Source of the DNA: Epiperipatus broadwayi
Lineage: Eukaryota > Animalia > Onychophora
Length of the DNA stretch: 64,000 bases
NCBI GenBank assembly: GCA_028023455.1
Contig: JAQFVV010000003.1
Span: forward strand, 26,908,001 to 26,972,000
Reading direction: 5' to 3'
Positions 37,932 to 49,901 of this stretch are shown here, one piece after another. Under the pieces are notes generated by a model, which saw nothing but the letters and a program-made list of their open reading frames with translations, searched no databases and was not told where the DNA came from. A program made the position numbers and the translations under genes. Numbering within the stretch: position 1 is the first letter of the stretch; the number at the start of each line of letters is the position of its first letter.

Positions 37932-38160
37932 TATTCATATATATTGCTTATAATAACTCCTCTTATATACGCTTTAATGTAAAAAAAATTTTAATGGAAC
38001 TTTAGTTTCGTGACCAGAAATCTTCATCAGAGCATTCTCAATTTCAAGAATGCTCTGATGAAGACTATTGGATAGTCAAAACTGTTAGGAAAATAAAGAA
38101 GCTTTATTAAAAAAAAAATTTGCATTAAAGTGTATATGAGAGGAGTTATTATAAGCAATA
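37932..38160. mobile_element. Fold-back of about 230 bp with hammerhead motifs in both arms; PLE-terminus-like
   Basis: Central hairpin cttcatcagagcattct/agaatgctctgatgaag. Plus 38051-38090 reads TGCT-CTGATGA-A-GACTAT-TGG-ATAGTC-AAAAC-T-GTT/AGGA. The outer arms tattgcttatataataactcctct and agaggagttattataagcaata match. Confidence 0.72.
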
Positions 38161-39215
38161 TCTTTTTCTTACTACAAAAAGTTTTCCTCTGAATACCAAA
38201 ATATTCTTTACACTTTTGAGACTTTTTCCCTCTTCTATTGCTTTCCTTTTTAATTCACAATTATATTTTCTTATATTGTTATTAACTCTTTTTCATACCA
38301 TTTTACAAAACTCTAGGTATTCAATTCTTTTTAATCAATTCTTTTTATATATTTCCATAATCCTTCTTTTGTTTATGTATTGTTTCAGTAAAAAAAATTA
38401 ACTGGTTAAATCTTGCAGTTCTTAATAGTGTATCTGTTATCTTTCTATTGATTTCATTCAAATCTGAACTGTTTCAAAATCTATTAATATTTTAAAGCAA
38501 TTTGCATGTTTGAATTTAAATTCATTGGAGTATGTCTGAAGGTTATGAATATCATCTGCAAAAACTTTATTAATAATTTTTATCTCTCTCATTTTAATAG
38601 ATGATCATTTCCTATGTTGAATTTATTAAAAGCATTACGATCTTGAAATAAATATGATCTGTTAGACAAAGTCCATTTGTGTTTACTATTTTTTTTTCAG
38701 AGAGAAAACTTATAATATAAAGTTTCTCTTTTTCTGAAAACTCCACAAGTCTGTGTCATCTCTTATTTCAATTATCATAAATTCATCCACAGCACTTTCA
38801 ATTGTTGCCAGTTATTATTAAAATCTCCCATAACAATTTTAAAATATTTTTGATCTGATAAAAAGCCTTTTTATAAAAATCTTTTACTTCATCACAATGG
38901 GAACTTATTGGGGCATAGATGTGAATTATCTGTGTTTGGTATCTTCCATTAAGTTGAATCTTGCCAGTTTGTCTGATATACCACCAATCTCCACAATGAT
39001 TGTTCTTCCATTTTTTATTTATAATGAATTACATTTCACTTGTGCTTCCAATATTTGTACATTTGTAATATAGCACATATCCACTTTTTAAATCAATTCT
39101 CTCTTCACTTTTCTTCTAACTTCACAAAGACTAACAATGTCCTATTTCCAGTTTTTGCAATCTAGTTTCACTTATAAGTGATTTGCAGTTATAAGTACCC
39201 AAGTAAAAAATTATC
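38161..39215 (-). mobile_element. RTE-like LINE endonuclease (APE) region, decayed
   Basis: The minus-strand motifs LGTYNCKSL, DIVSLCEVRRK, LNGRYQTQIIHIYAPISSHCD, IVMGDFN, KWT and NKFNIGNDH occur in APE order. Confidence 0.85.
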
Positions 39216-40471
39216 AAATGGTATCTTGGATCTGCAATCAGAGGATTCTTAGTACCCTCTTGCTTTCAACTATCAACCACTGCCTTGATTGGCAACTTTA
39301 CAGCCTTCTGGAAATAAAGGTCATAATTTAATTTTATCTCTCATGATTTTAAATATCTATTTTTAAAAATTTCATTTACACACACATTCTATCTTAAAGA
39401 AAACATCGGATATTTCATTTGAAAACTATCAGACAACTAAGAAGAAAGATTTTAGATAAAAATAAATAATGTACAGTATAAATAATTAAAAAGATGTATG
39501 ATAACACAAGAGGGTGCTTTCCGGGGGGTGGGGGTGAAATAAGAATTTAGATTATAGAAGTAATTGGCATCACCATTGAGAGAAATTATTGGATGTTTAT
39601 TTTTCAACTGTTGAAAATAAACAGGATAAAGAAATTTTAATATAAAGAGAGTTAAAAAATAGATTTTTTTTTAAATTGTGAGGATAGGATAGTAGATTAC
39701 TAAAACAGTTTTTATTAAAATGAGATGGGGGGGGGGGGGGATCAGGTATAGAAAAATTATTTCATAATGTTATTTTTAACAGTTTTGTAGGAAGGGACTG
39801 GTTAACTTGGCTAACAGTTTTTCTGTCCATATAACTAACTCCATTTAAAAAGCAAATATTTCACATCAAAAGGAAAAATATAATATGCATTCTGAAACTT
39901 CTGTATTATTTTTTATTAAATGGATGTAACTGCTTTGGGTGCTTAGAAAATTCTTAACATAAAATAGAAAGATGCATCAAATATTTATTACTATGAAAAG
40001 CTATAATACCATTATAGCATGTTTTCAAGTAGTCAATTATCCAGTAATTGCAATGAGAATGTAGTCACCATTCAAATCATAATTAGATATTTTTAGAGAG
40101 ATTGGTCTACTTTTTACACTGAATAGCAACCATTAATTTTCAGTTACCTGAAAAGAGTGGTGACATTTGTTCATAGGTTTATTTACAGTCTGACTTGTGA
40201 CTTAATTTCGTATTTAATCTCTGTGTTAATAATGTTTAATAAGATATGTAAAAATCATAAGATAGAAATTACCTCTACTTTTTGGCATATTGTAAGATTG
40301 ATTTGAACATATTTAATTATGATTGTGGGTTTACAAAATTAATACATTAAAAAAAAAAGAGATAAGCAAAACATCTGTAAATATAAGAAGTTATATTGCT
40401 ACTCTAGCATGTTTTTAAGTGTTCTAATTTCCAGATATCTGAAAAACTTATATATTACATGAAACAGTTAT

Positions 40472-41440
40472 CACATGATCACATCTCCAATACTAGCACA
40501 TAATTGTTTATAAACAAAGCAAAGCAAAACTCCATATAATAGTGCCACCTGTGCTAAACAGAGTAATCAATGGATGCCAGAAGGCTTGTGCATACAATCC
40601 CTATCTAATGCTTATTCATCCAATAGTTTCTGGCTTGTGGCCTTCATCAGTGAGGAGCTTTGGATCTGAGAGCACTGCATCTAGATCTTAGGATCTAATG
40701 CAACCCTCTAGCAACCACCTTTTATCTCTACTTAACTACAAAACCATGAGCATGAAATTGAAAACACAAAAAATATTTTCAATCTAAGCTCAATAGCTTA
40801 TATAATCATATGGGTCTGAACTCAGTTCAGCACCCATACATTTTGGTGTCTTTGGCTCTTTTACAACCATAGTCACCACTACCTTATTAGGCAGGATTGG
40901 TGTTAAACAAGCAATCATCACGTGATCACATCTCCAATACTGGCACTACTATATGGAGTTTTGCTTTGCTTTGTTTATAAACAATTATGTGCTAGTATTG
41001 GAGATGTGAGCATGTGATGCTTGCTGGTTTAACACCAATCCTGCCTAATAGGGTAGTGGTGGCTATGGTTGTTAAAGAGCCAAAGACACCAAAATGTATG
41101 GGTGCTGAACTGAGTTCAGACCCATATGACTATATAAGCTATTGAACTTAGATTGAAAATATTTTTTGTTTTCCAATTTCATGGTTTTGTAGTTAAGTAG
41201 AGATAAAAGGTAGTTGTTAGAGGGTTGCATTAGATCCTAAGATCTAGATGCAGTGCTCTCAGATCCAAAGCTCCTCACTGATGAAGGCCACAAGCCAGAA
41301 ACTAGTCTGGGGATATTGGATGAGTAAGCATTAGATAGGGATTTTATGCACAAGCCTTCTGGCATCCATTGATTACTCTGTTTAGCACAGGTGGCACTAC
41401 TATATGGAGTTTTGCTTTGTTTATGAAACAGTTATGTGCT
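40472..41440. mobile_element. Retrozyme-like HHR repeat, locus D (about 1 kb palindrome of two roughly full monomers)
   Basis: The minus arm is 40472-40940 and the plus arm 40941-41440, with a 451-nt period (40941 vs 41392). The candidate 13-bp TSD ATGAAACAGTTAT is at 40459-40471 and 41423-41435. Confidence 0.92.
41272..41313 (+). ncRNA. Type I minimal hammerhead ribozyme, best-preserved copy; predicted cleavage after C41307
   Basis: The motif reads TCCTCA (stem I 5') CTGATGA A GGC CACAA GCC A GAAAC TA GTC / TGGGGA (stem I 3'). Stem I has 6 bp including one G-U pair, and stem III is the loopless palindrome ACTAGT. The base of stem II has a non-canonical A.A apposition. Confidence 0.85.
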
Positions 41441-43119
41441 GTAAAAGATTGGTCTGTTTTTACATTGAATAGTTGTTATCATTTGGAAATCATAAAGAGC
41501 CCTGAAACCACTCACATGATTATGCATATATATCCTGAGGTAATAATAGTTTTATAAGCTAATAAGGGTAAAATTCAAAGTAGCTAAACAGAATAATTTA
41601 TAAAGTAAAATAAAGCATAAGAACCAGAATTTATGATTATAGGGAGAAAAAAGCATTAAAATAAATGTAAGGATAGTCTTTTTTAAAGGTCTGAAAGATA
41701 ACCTCATCTAAAATGAATTACATGTTATCTAGAGCAGTGGTACTGATCTAATGGACCATGAGTCTTTAAGAGAGAAATGACGAATTGGGGGGGAGATGTC
41801 TCAAGAAATTTGTATCTGACAAAAAAAAGTATCTACAATAAAACAAATGACACATTTATATATCACTATAAAATCAAATCAATAGCAGTGTTTACCCCAT
41901 CATTGTACTTCCACCACTCATGGGTTAAATAAACTAGTGCAACTGTGATTCAAAAGTTGATGAAAATAGTGTTCTATTTTAAAATTATCCTGTTTTATTT
42001 AGGTGCATTTTTACCACACTAATTGTTAATTACATATTCAATTATCACTATACTAATAAACAAATGATTAGTATTTTTAATTTTAACATCTTTTTAAATG
42101 GAAAAGAACAATTAATTGACCTTTCACTCAATGAAATATTGTGTTCCTAATTTAACTAATTGACCTGTCAGAAATTTTGACTATCTATGGGAAATGATTA
42201 TTTTGATTTGAAGAAAAAGTTCAATAAAAGGTTTTAATTCAATTTGCATCAACCTTCTAATGTAAAATTAACGTTTCAAAATTAGTTGCTATTGAAATGA
42301 AATATCATATTAGATCCAAAAAGTGTTTTTTATCTTATGATCTTTAGAATAACTCCAAACATAGAAACAATTATGAGCTATATGAAATCATAAGTTTCAT
42401 ATTAATTATTTGTTAAAATTTTCTTCAAATTCTTTTATTTAAGTTACAATATCTGTTTGTTTATAAAGTATTGTAATCATTTTATTATTTGAGTTAAAAT
42501 AAAATTGAAATCAATAGAATTTGATCGAATTTGTTACTAAGAAAGAAGTATCAGGAAAAGCAATATGGGACTATAATAGTTTAAGTAAGTGACCTAGTTT
42601 TTTAGATCTGAACTAGTGGGAGGGGAAATTTTGATGACAAATTTAAATTCATTTTTAGAACTTTAATATAATTTCAATAACACTAGCGAGAAAATTATAT
42701 AGAGATTTTTTTGGGTTTCAATTTAAAGTGCAATAACATTTTGAACTCATGGTTTAATAGATTTAAATTCAATATAATTTATTGTAATTTTGGACATTTT
42801 TAAAAATTACTACCAAAGTGATAGGGTGCTATAATATTTTAGGTAGATAACTTAGTTTTTTACATATGGAACACTGAGTTTGAAAATTTTGATTTCAAAT
42901 TTAAAAATTGTTTTTAGAACTTCAATATGTTTTAAGTAATTAATAATTTTTATTACACTAGAGATTATCAACTTAGTACATGTGATTTTCCAAAACTCCT
43001 TTTGTGCCCCTTTTCAGCAGTTTAGATTTTAAACTGAGCTTTCATAGAAGTGGTAAGTCTTACACTTATGGGTCTCTGACCATTCAATCTGCCATTTTGT
43101 TATGTTTAAAATGATGTAT

Positions 43120-43475
43120 AATTTTTTTTCTATTATGAAATTAAATTTTTTTATGATTTTTTTTCTGAAATGCAATTTTTAACCCCTCCCCCTCTTTTTG
43201 GTTAGATTTAGCATTCATAAAATGTTTTTCCTCACTGAAAGGGACTCTTTCACGGATTGCTTTGATTATTCAATTGCTGACATATATATATTTGTGAGCC
43301 TTCTTATTATTCAAAAAGGTGTATTTTTTTTTACGATGAAATTTATATTTTTTATGATTTTTTTTTTCTGAAATGCAATTTTTAATTTTTTTTTCTCTCC
43401 TTTTTTTTTTAGATTTAGCGTTCGTAAGATATATGGACTCTCTCACAGCTTGCTTTGATTATTCAATTGCCATTG
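43120..43475 (+). repeat. Diverged tandem duplication, period about 200 bp
   Basis: atgaaatt...atgattttttttctgaaatgcaattttt...ttagatttagc.ttc.taa...ggactct...ttgctttgattattcaattgc is present twice. Confidence 0.75.
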
Positions 43476-43919
43476 TATGTATTTGTGAACCTTGTACAAG
43501 CTAATTTTAGTGATAATTCAGATCTAGAAACTGCAATGACCAAAAAAAAAATTGGTGAAGTCATTTTATTTGCAAGGACAAGCATGGGAATTGCATCTAC
43601 AGCTTCTTCATGACCAGAATTCGAACTTGGACGTTGTGTCACACCAGCCAGGAATCAATTTTCCCATCAGTGAGTATTAACTTAGTGTTTTTTATTTCTC
43701 ATTTTTTATTACTTATATTTTTATATGATGAAATATGTGTAAAAAAGCAATAAATATGCTGTAGAATTTTAGGAAATTCACTTCACTGACAATAAAACAT
43801 GCACATCCACACTCAGAGAATCATATACCTAAATGGTATTAGTGCAATAGACAAGATATATTATGATTTTATTTATACAATCATTCATTTATTGCATGAT
43901 TACAGTAGCATTGTACTCA

Positions 43920-44400
43920 TTTGTTATAATTTTGTAATAATCTCTTGAACACAGATTTTTAAGCACCCTCAGCCATTCACTATCTCATATATCTTCCACA
44001 CATATACATAATCAGTGCTCATAATAAATTTGTTTATTTTAATGTTTATTGATTTAGTTTTTATTCATTTTTTCTTAGAGAAATTTTTGTTTCATATTTA
44101 TTTTTTGACTATACTTTTTTTATATAATAATCTCTTGAACACAAATTTTCAAGCACCATCAGCCATCCACTTTCATACATCAGTTGATCCATATGATCAT
44201 CTCCCACACACATATATAATCAATGCTAATAATAATAAAAATTTATTTTGTTGTTTCTTGATTTACTTAGTTTTTATTCATTTTAGAAATTTTTGTTTGA
44301 CTTTTTTTTTTGAGTACACTTTTTATTTGAAAAGAATACATATTTTAGGTCATACCCCATTTTTCAATAATACAATAATCAATATATAATAATACATTAT
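43920..44400 (-). repeat. Tandem copies of an RTE-like 3' tail fragment (related to 52820-53100)
   Basis: The units ataatctcttgaacaca.attt..aagcacc.tcagccat and atcatctcccacaca.atat recur here and at about 52950. Confidence 0.5.
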
Positions 44401-45007
44401 AATTTACTAAAGTTCTCTTTGCATAATATCTCATTAACTGTTCTTACTGTTATTTTTTCCTCCACTAAAAAACCAAACATATTTCTAACAGATATCCTGT
44501 ATGGAAAGACAACCAAACATTTCTAGCAAATACCCTGATATGGAAGGACAGGATCTGGGTCAACTAATAAAAATGAAAGTCACCAATAGCATTATTTTTG
44601 TAATTTTTACAATGAAAATTTACTTCAGATAAGTCATGTTACATATCACTTTTGTTCAGCATTTTATGACAAAGGTGATGATGCTGTCTATGAAATTGTA
44701 ATTTTTCTTTCAAAAGTTAGAATTTGTGAACCAATGTAAAAATAAACATGTTTAAAATTGTAAAAATCTTTTTTTTAATTTTTTTTAGGTAATGACTATT
44801 TTATTAGTTTTATTATATTTTTTCATATTTGCTTCTTCTAATAATGTATATAAGTTTATATTTATTGTATTCAAACAGAAGATATGTTATAAAGTATATT
44901 TGTTATAATCTTTTTAGGGATTATATAGAAAATATCTCTTAAAAACAGGTTGTGAAAAGAAAAAGTTTGTGCACCATTGATTTAAAGAAACAAAATAAGC
45001 TGATGTC

Positions 45008-45699
45008 TGAAATGTTTGTGCATATAAAACATATGTAAATAATGATCATTTATTTTTGTAACTACATATAGATTTTTTTCACTTATAAAATATTTAGAAA
45101 ATCTGCAATTATCATGACAATAACAAATTTAATTGAATAAAAATTTATGCAAATAAAGTAATTTACTTACAAATGAGCAGAGTAACTAAAGCCTAATGCA
45201 TTCACATAAAACAGAAAGAGGAAGAATATGTGTTGTCAGTTAAAAATAGTTACCAAAGAAAGGGTAATTAACTAAACTTAACCCCAAATCACAAGTGAGA
45301 ATAATAGCAGAATTATGGTTAAGTAAATGTGAAACTGTGTTTGTCAAGAAAGCACTCAATTGCAAACTTTAAAGAGTTTGTGTATATGGAAATAATATAT
45401 TGTCTTTAAATTTATTTAAATTGTGGAATGATAGTTGTTTCTAAAGGACTATATATATGCAAAGATACATATGTGTAAGATTTTTAAAGTGGAATCATGT
45501 GAAATTAGTTGGCTTCTTGTGTGAATAATATCCATTTCCATTCAATGATAAATTTTTGTTTATTTGAATTAAGGGATTATCACAATATTAATGATTTTAC
45601 ATCATTATTATTCTTGAATAAATATATATAAATTTATGTGTATGTTATTATTTATTTTATTGCTTTCTGGTTGGTATTAGTTACCTTTATGATATAGTA
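45008..45699 (+). repeat. 5' LTR of the Gypsy element
   Basis: It is colinear with 49194-49901 but clearly diverged. Confidence 0.85.
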
Positions 45700-48600
45700 G
45701 AGTGGCACAAGTCAATTGTCATCAATATAGAGATAATTGTAGAATGGCTACAATTGGTTACTTGTGAAGAACTTGGGTATAAATAGAAAATGACAGTATT
45801 GAACACTATTATTTGAGAATTTGACATTAATAATGTTGCTTCATGGAAGATTATATTAAACATGTTGAATGTTATATGTTCATAAATAAGGTAGAAGATG
45901 AGCAGCTGAAAATGTCTACACTTCTGTTTTGCAGGTCAAAATGTAATATAGTTAATGAATAGATTAACTGATCCCAAATGATCAGAGGAACTTGCATATA
46001 AAGAAGTTGAGAAATTAAATTGATATTCTCCAAAATATCAAAATGGCTGATATGGTTGAGATTGAAAAATAGAAGGCAGTTATGTTGACTATGACTTACC
46101 TTTAAGAAAATTAGCTAAAGATTGTGAGTTTTGTTCTGAAATTAGTGACATGTTATTAGAACTATTTTTATATGGCACAATGGATGAGAATTTTAGGAAA
46201 GTGTTGTTGAGTATCCTTGACCTAAATTATAAATGAGGCATGGAAAAATGTGTCATACAAAAACTATGCTAAATAACACATCAGATGATGCATTACCACA
46301 ACTGTTGAAGAAAATCTCACTGTCTGTACAAAAAAGCAAGAAAAAATATTTCAAACCCAAATAAAGAAAGAAAAGATGAATTGTTTTATTTTTACACTAA
46401 ACCTCATCATTTGAGAAATGATTGTAAACACAAAAATAAAATGTGCAGAAATTGTGCGAAAAAGGACATAACAGTTTTCTATCTTTTTAAGGAGTGCAGA
46501 TCTATTAATAAAGGTTGAATTACAAATCTGGGGGAGAAATAGATTATAAGAGTATTAATGTAAATATTCTTAATGACATTAAGATGGGCCACATATTACC
46601 AGATGTCGATATTTGTGATCTAATAGTAATGATGGAGGTGGACAACAAAACTGATTTGTCACTGATATTTAATAGATATTGGGTAAACATCAGTGAAAAG
46701 TATAATAAGAGTTTATACTTCAAAATATGGATATGATTGCTACAGACATTTAATGGAAACAAAATAGGTATTCACAGAAAAGTTTGTAGTACTAATAAGG
46801 CTAAATTTGAGAATAAAATTTTTTATGCTATATGTAGTAAATAAAGATTTTAGTCCATTTCTGGGAAGAAACTGGTTTCAACCTCGGAAAATTCTTGTAA
46901 ACATTATACAGTTCAAGTAGAAATTCTAATATAATTGAGATAGATACCTGGGATTCACATCTGGATTAGCAGAGCTGAGAACATAACAAGTGGATGCAAA
47001 GTCAATTAAGAATGCACAATTAGTGTCATTCACCTTGAAAAAAAGTAGAGAAAAATCTGGATAAGATGATTTCTAAAAGTATCTTATATCCAACTGAAGA
47101 TTCATCTTGGGACCACACTAATGGTTATTATGATAATGAAGCCAGATGGAAATTTGAGATTTTGCAACGATTATAGAGTCACATATTAATAAAGGTTCAT
47201 ATCCAGCCCAAGCATTGCAAAAAGTTACTTACTTCAAGATTGATTTAAAGGTTTCATTTTATCAAATATCAGTAACTATAAAAACAGCAGAAATTTTAAT
47301 ACTGATTGCTCTTAGAGGAGAGTATAAGTGCAACAAATTGCATTATGATATCACAGTAGTTCTGAATATTTTCCAGAAGAAAATTGACATGGTTTTTAGA
47401 TCTATGGTAGATGTGATTTCCTATTTATATACCATTTTGAATATTGCTAAGATGGAGTTGAAATGCAGTCTGCTCAAAGTTAGAAAAGGTGAGGGCTAGA
47501 ATAAATATTGATAAAAATATTTGGTTCACTAAAGAAATAGATTCTTGGACACAATAATAAATGCAAATGGAAGATATCAATGCAGACAAAATAAAGGCAT
47601 TAAAAATGTCATAAAGTCTAGAAATGCAGGTGTTGCTGTGACTTTTACATTTTTACTAAAGTTTTTTGAAAGCTGCACTGATAGTCACCATTGTATCAGT
47701 TTCTGAAAAAGAAACATTGGACGTGAACCAGCATATATGATTTAGCTTTCAAAAAGGCAAAAGATCTTTTAATATCTGACAAATTGTTGTTTCATTACCA
47801 TAGTGATTTAGATCTTCTAATGACTGATTCATCAGAATATGGTATTGGAGGTAAACATTCAATAGAATCTCAAGAGCATTGTCAGCAGTTGAAAAAAAAA
47901 TTGAACATGCTGATGCTCTCTCTATCTTGGTTATCTGACGTTAAAGAGAATAAATATGTAGTAAGCAAAATTGACTATATAGACATATTAAACTGTAACT
48001 CTTAATAATTCAGGTATATTCAAGTGGACTTAGAAAGACAAAGAATATATCTAATTCATGAATTGGATAAAATATGACTGGTAAAACTAATCCTGTAGAG
48101 GTGGTAAAATTGATCTGGAATGTATAAGATGATCTTTCAATCTGCAATGGATGCAGGCTGATGACAGATCACATACTCACACACACCCCTCCTCCAGAGG
48201 TAGAGCACACATTGGATCTTCTGCATCAAGGTCATTTTGGAATTTGTGAGGATGAAAGCATTGGCCTGATTTATGTATGGTGATAAATTTAACTGGTGAC
48301 ATCAAGTAGATGTTTAAAAAATGTATTAAATTGCCAACAAACAATAAAAATTCCATCCAAACAATTGAAAACTTGGAGAAACTCATATCCATTTAGATTA
48401 TGCAAAGTCTTTAAATGGATACATAATACTGATACTAATTGATTCTTTTTCCTGATGGTCTCATTATAAATTAGTAAAAAGCACAAGTGCAGAATGCACA
48501 ATAACAATGCTAAAGGAAATATTTGCTTCACATAGTTATCCAAAAGTAATAGTGATAGATAATGGTATCAAACTTTACTTCACAGAAGTTTAAAGATTAC

Positions 48601-49193
48601 TTGCGAGATAAAGGGACTAAACAAATCCTTACTCCATCTTATTACCCTGAAAGTAATGAAGTGGCAGAAAAAACAGTTCAACATTTAAAGAATGTTAAAA
48701 AAACAAGATTAAAGAATGTACTGGAAGCATTAGTCGATGCTACGTAGATCAACATTTTATACCCAATAAAGCAACAAATAAGACTTTAGCACAGATATTG
48801 ATGTGTCATCCATTCCATACTCATCTAACCAAGTTGTTGCCAACCACTAATAAAAAGGATACAAACACAATTGGGAGACATTCTGAATAGGAGAAAGCAT
48901 CTATATATGATATTTTTAAATGAGAAGACACATATTGCTCTCATTTTGGTGAGTCATCGCTGGACATTTATAAAAATAATTTGTTAGTGAAAGAAATAAG
49001 AAAAAAAATTGTATTATACAATCAAAATAGTGGTTATCAAGATCAATTTAATGATAAAAAAAAAAAAGAGGAGTTTTGTGAAGAAAAACAGGATGTAATT
49101 ATTTCAATAGAGAAAAGAGAAAAATCTACTCCCAAAACTCCCAGTATATCCATACTATGCAATTAGTCCATTATTTTTAAAGTAGTGGAGGAG

Positions 49194-49901
49194 TGGAATG
49201 TCTGTGCATATAAAACATGTGTAAATAAAGATTATTTACTTTTGTAAATACATACAGATTTTTTCACTTATAAAATATTTCCCATTTTAAAACTACTCTA
49301 GAAAATTTACAGAGATCGCCACAATAGCAAATTTAATTGAATAAAATGTGTATTCAGATAATGGCATTTACTTACAAATGAGCAGAATAAACAAACCCCC
49401 ATGCAGTTGAAGTGGAGCAGTGGGAAAGAGAAAGAAGTATTAGTTGTCAATTTAAAATGGTTACTGAAAACAGAGTAATTAACTGGATTTAATCAAACCA
49501 TAAGTGAGAATAATAGTGGAATTATGGTTCAGTAAATGTATGAATTATATATGCCAAGAAACTTATGTACTTTAAAGGGTTTGTGTATATACAGAAGTAG
49601 TTTAAATTGCTGAACAATTGTTGTTTCTAAAGAACTATTTGTATTTGCAAATATACATATGTGTATGTGTAGATTTGTAAAGTGGAAACACATACACATG
49701 AAATTAGTTGACACTTTGTGTGAATAATATCTATTTCCATTTGAGAATAAATTATAGCTTATTTGAATTTATAGACTATCACATTATTAATGTTTTTTTA
49801 GGATCATTATTATTGTTGAATAAATATATATAAATTTATGTGCATGTTGTTATTTGTTTTATCACTGCCTGACTAATGTTAATCACTTTCATGACATACC
49901 A
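49194..49901 (+). repeat. 3' LTR of the Gypsy element
   Basis: It follows the polypurine tract, ends in CA and is followed by the TSD ATGTC. Confidence 0.85.

Larger units (their letters stand above)
41735..44979. mobile_element. Possible old hAT (Charlie-like) remnant
   Basis: Short degenerate TIRs CAGTGGT and ACCATTG. The flanks ATCTAGAG and ATTTAAAG match at 6/8 and resemble Charlie-type target sites. No transposase could be clearly read. Confidence 0.3.
45008..49901 (+). mobile_element. Decayed Ty3/Gypsy (Mag-like) LTR retrotransposon
   Basis: LTRs of about 700 bp lie at 45008-about 45699 and 49194-49901 (TG...CA). The 5-bp TSD ATGTC is at 45003-45007 and 49902-49906. A PBS-like AGTGGCACAAG and a PPT aaagtagtggaggag are present. 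The internal order is gag double zinc knuckle (HHLRNDCKHKNKMCRNCAKKGH), protease (MEVDNKTDLSLI), RT (KPDGNLRFCNDYRV; FKIDL), RNase H (TDSSEYGIG) and integrase (FTSQKFKDYL...YYPESNEVAEKTVQHLK), with many stops and frameshifts. Confidence 0.92.

Noticed and set aside
43511-43669. Plus-strand exon-like segment with an acceptor and a GTGAGT donor
   Set aside because: It has an in-frame stop, lies inside a probable TE remnant and has no partner exons.
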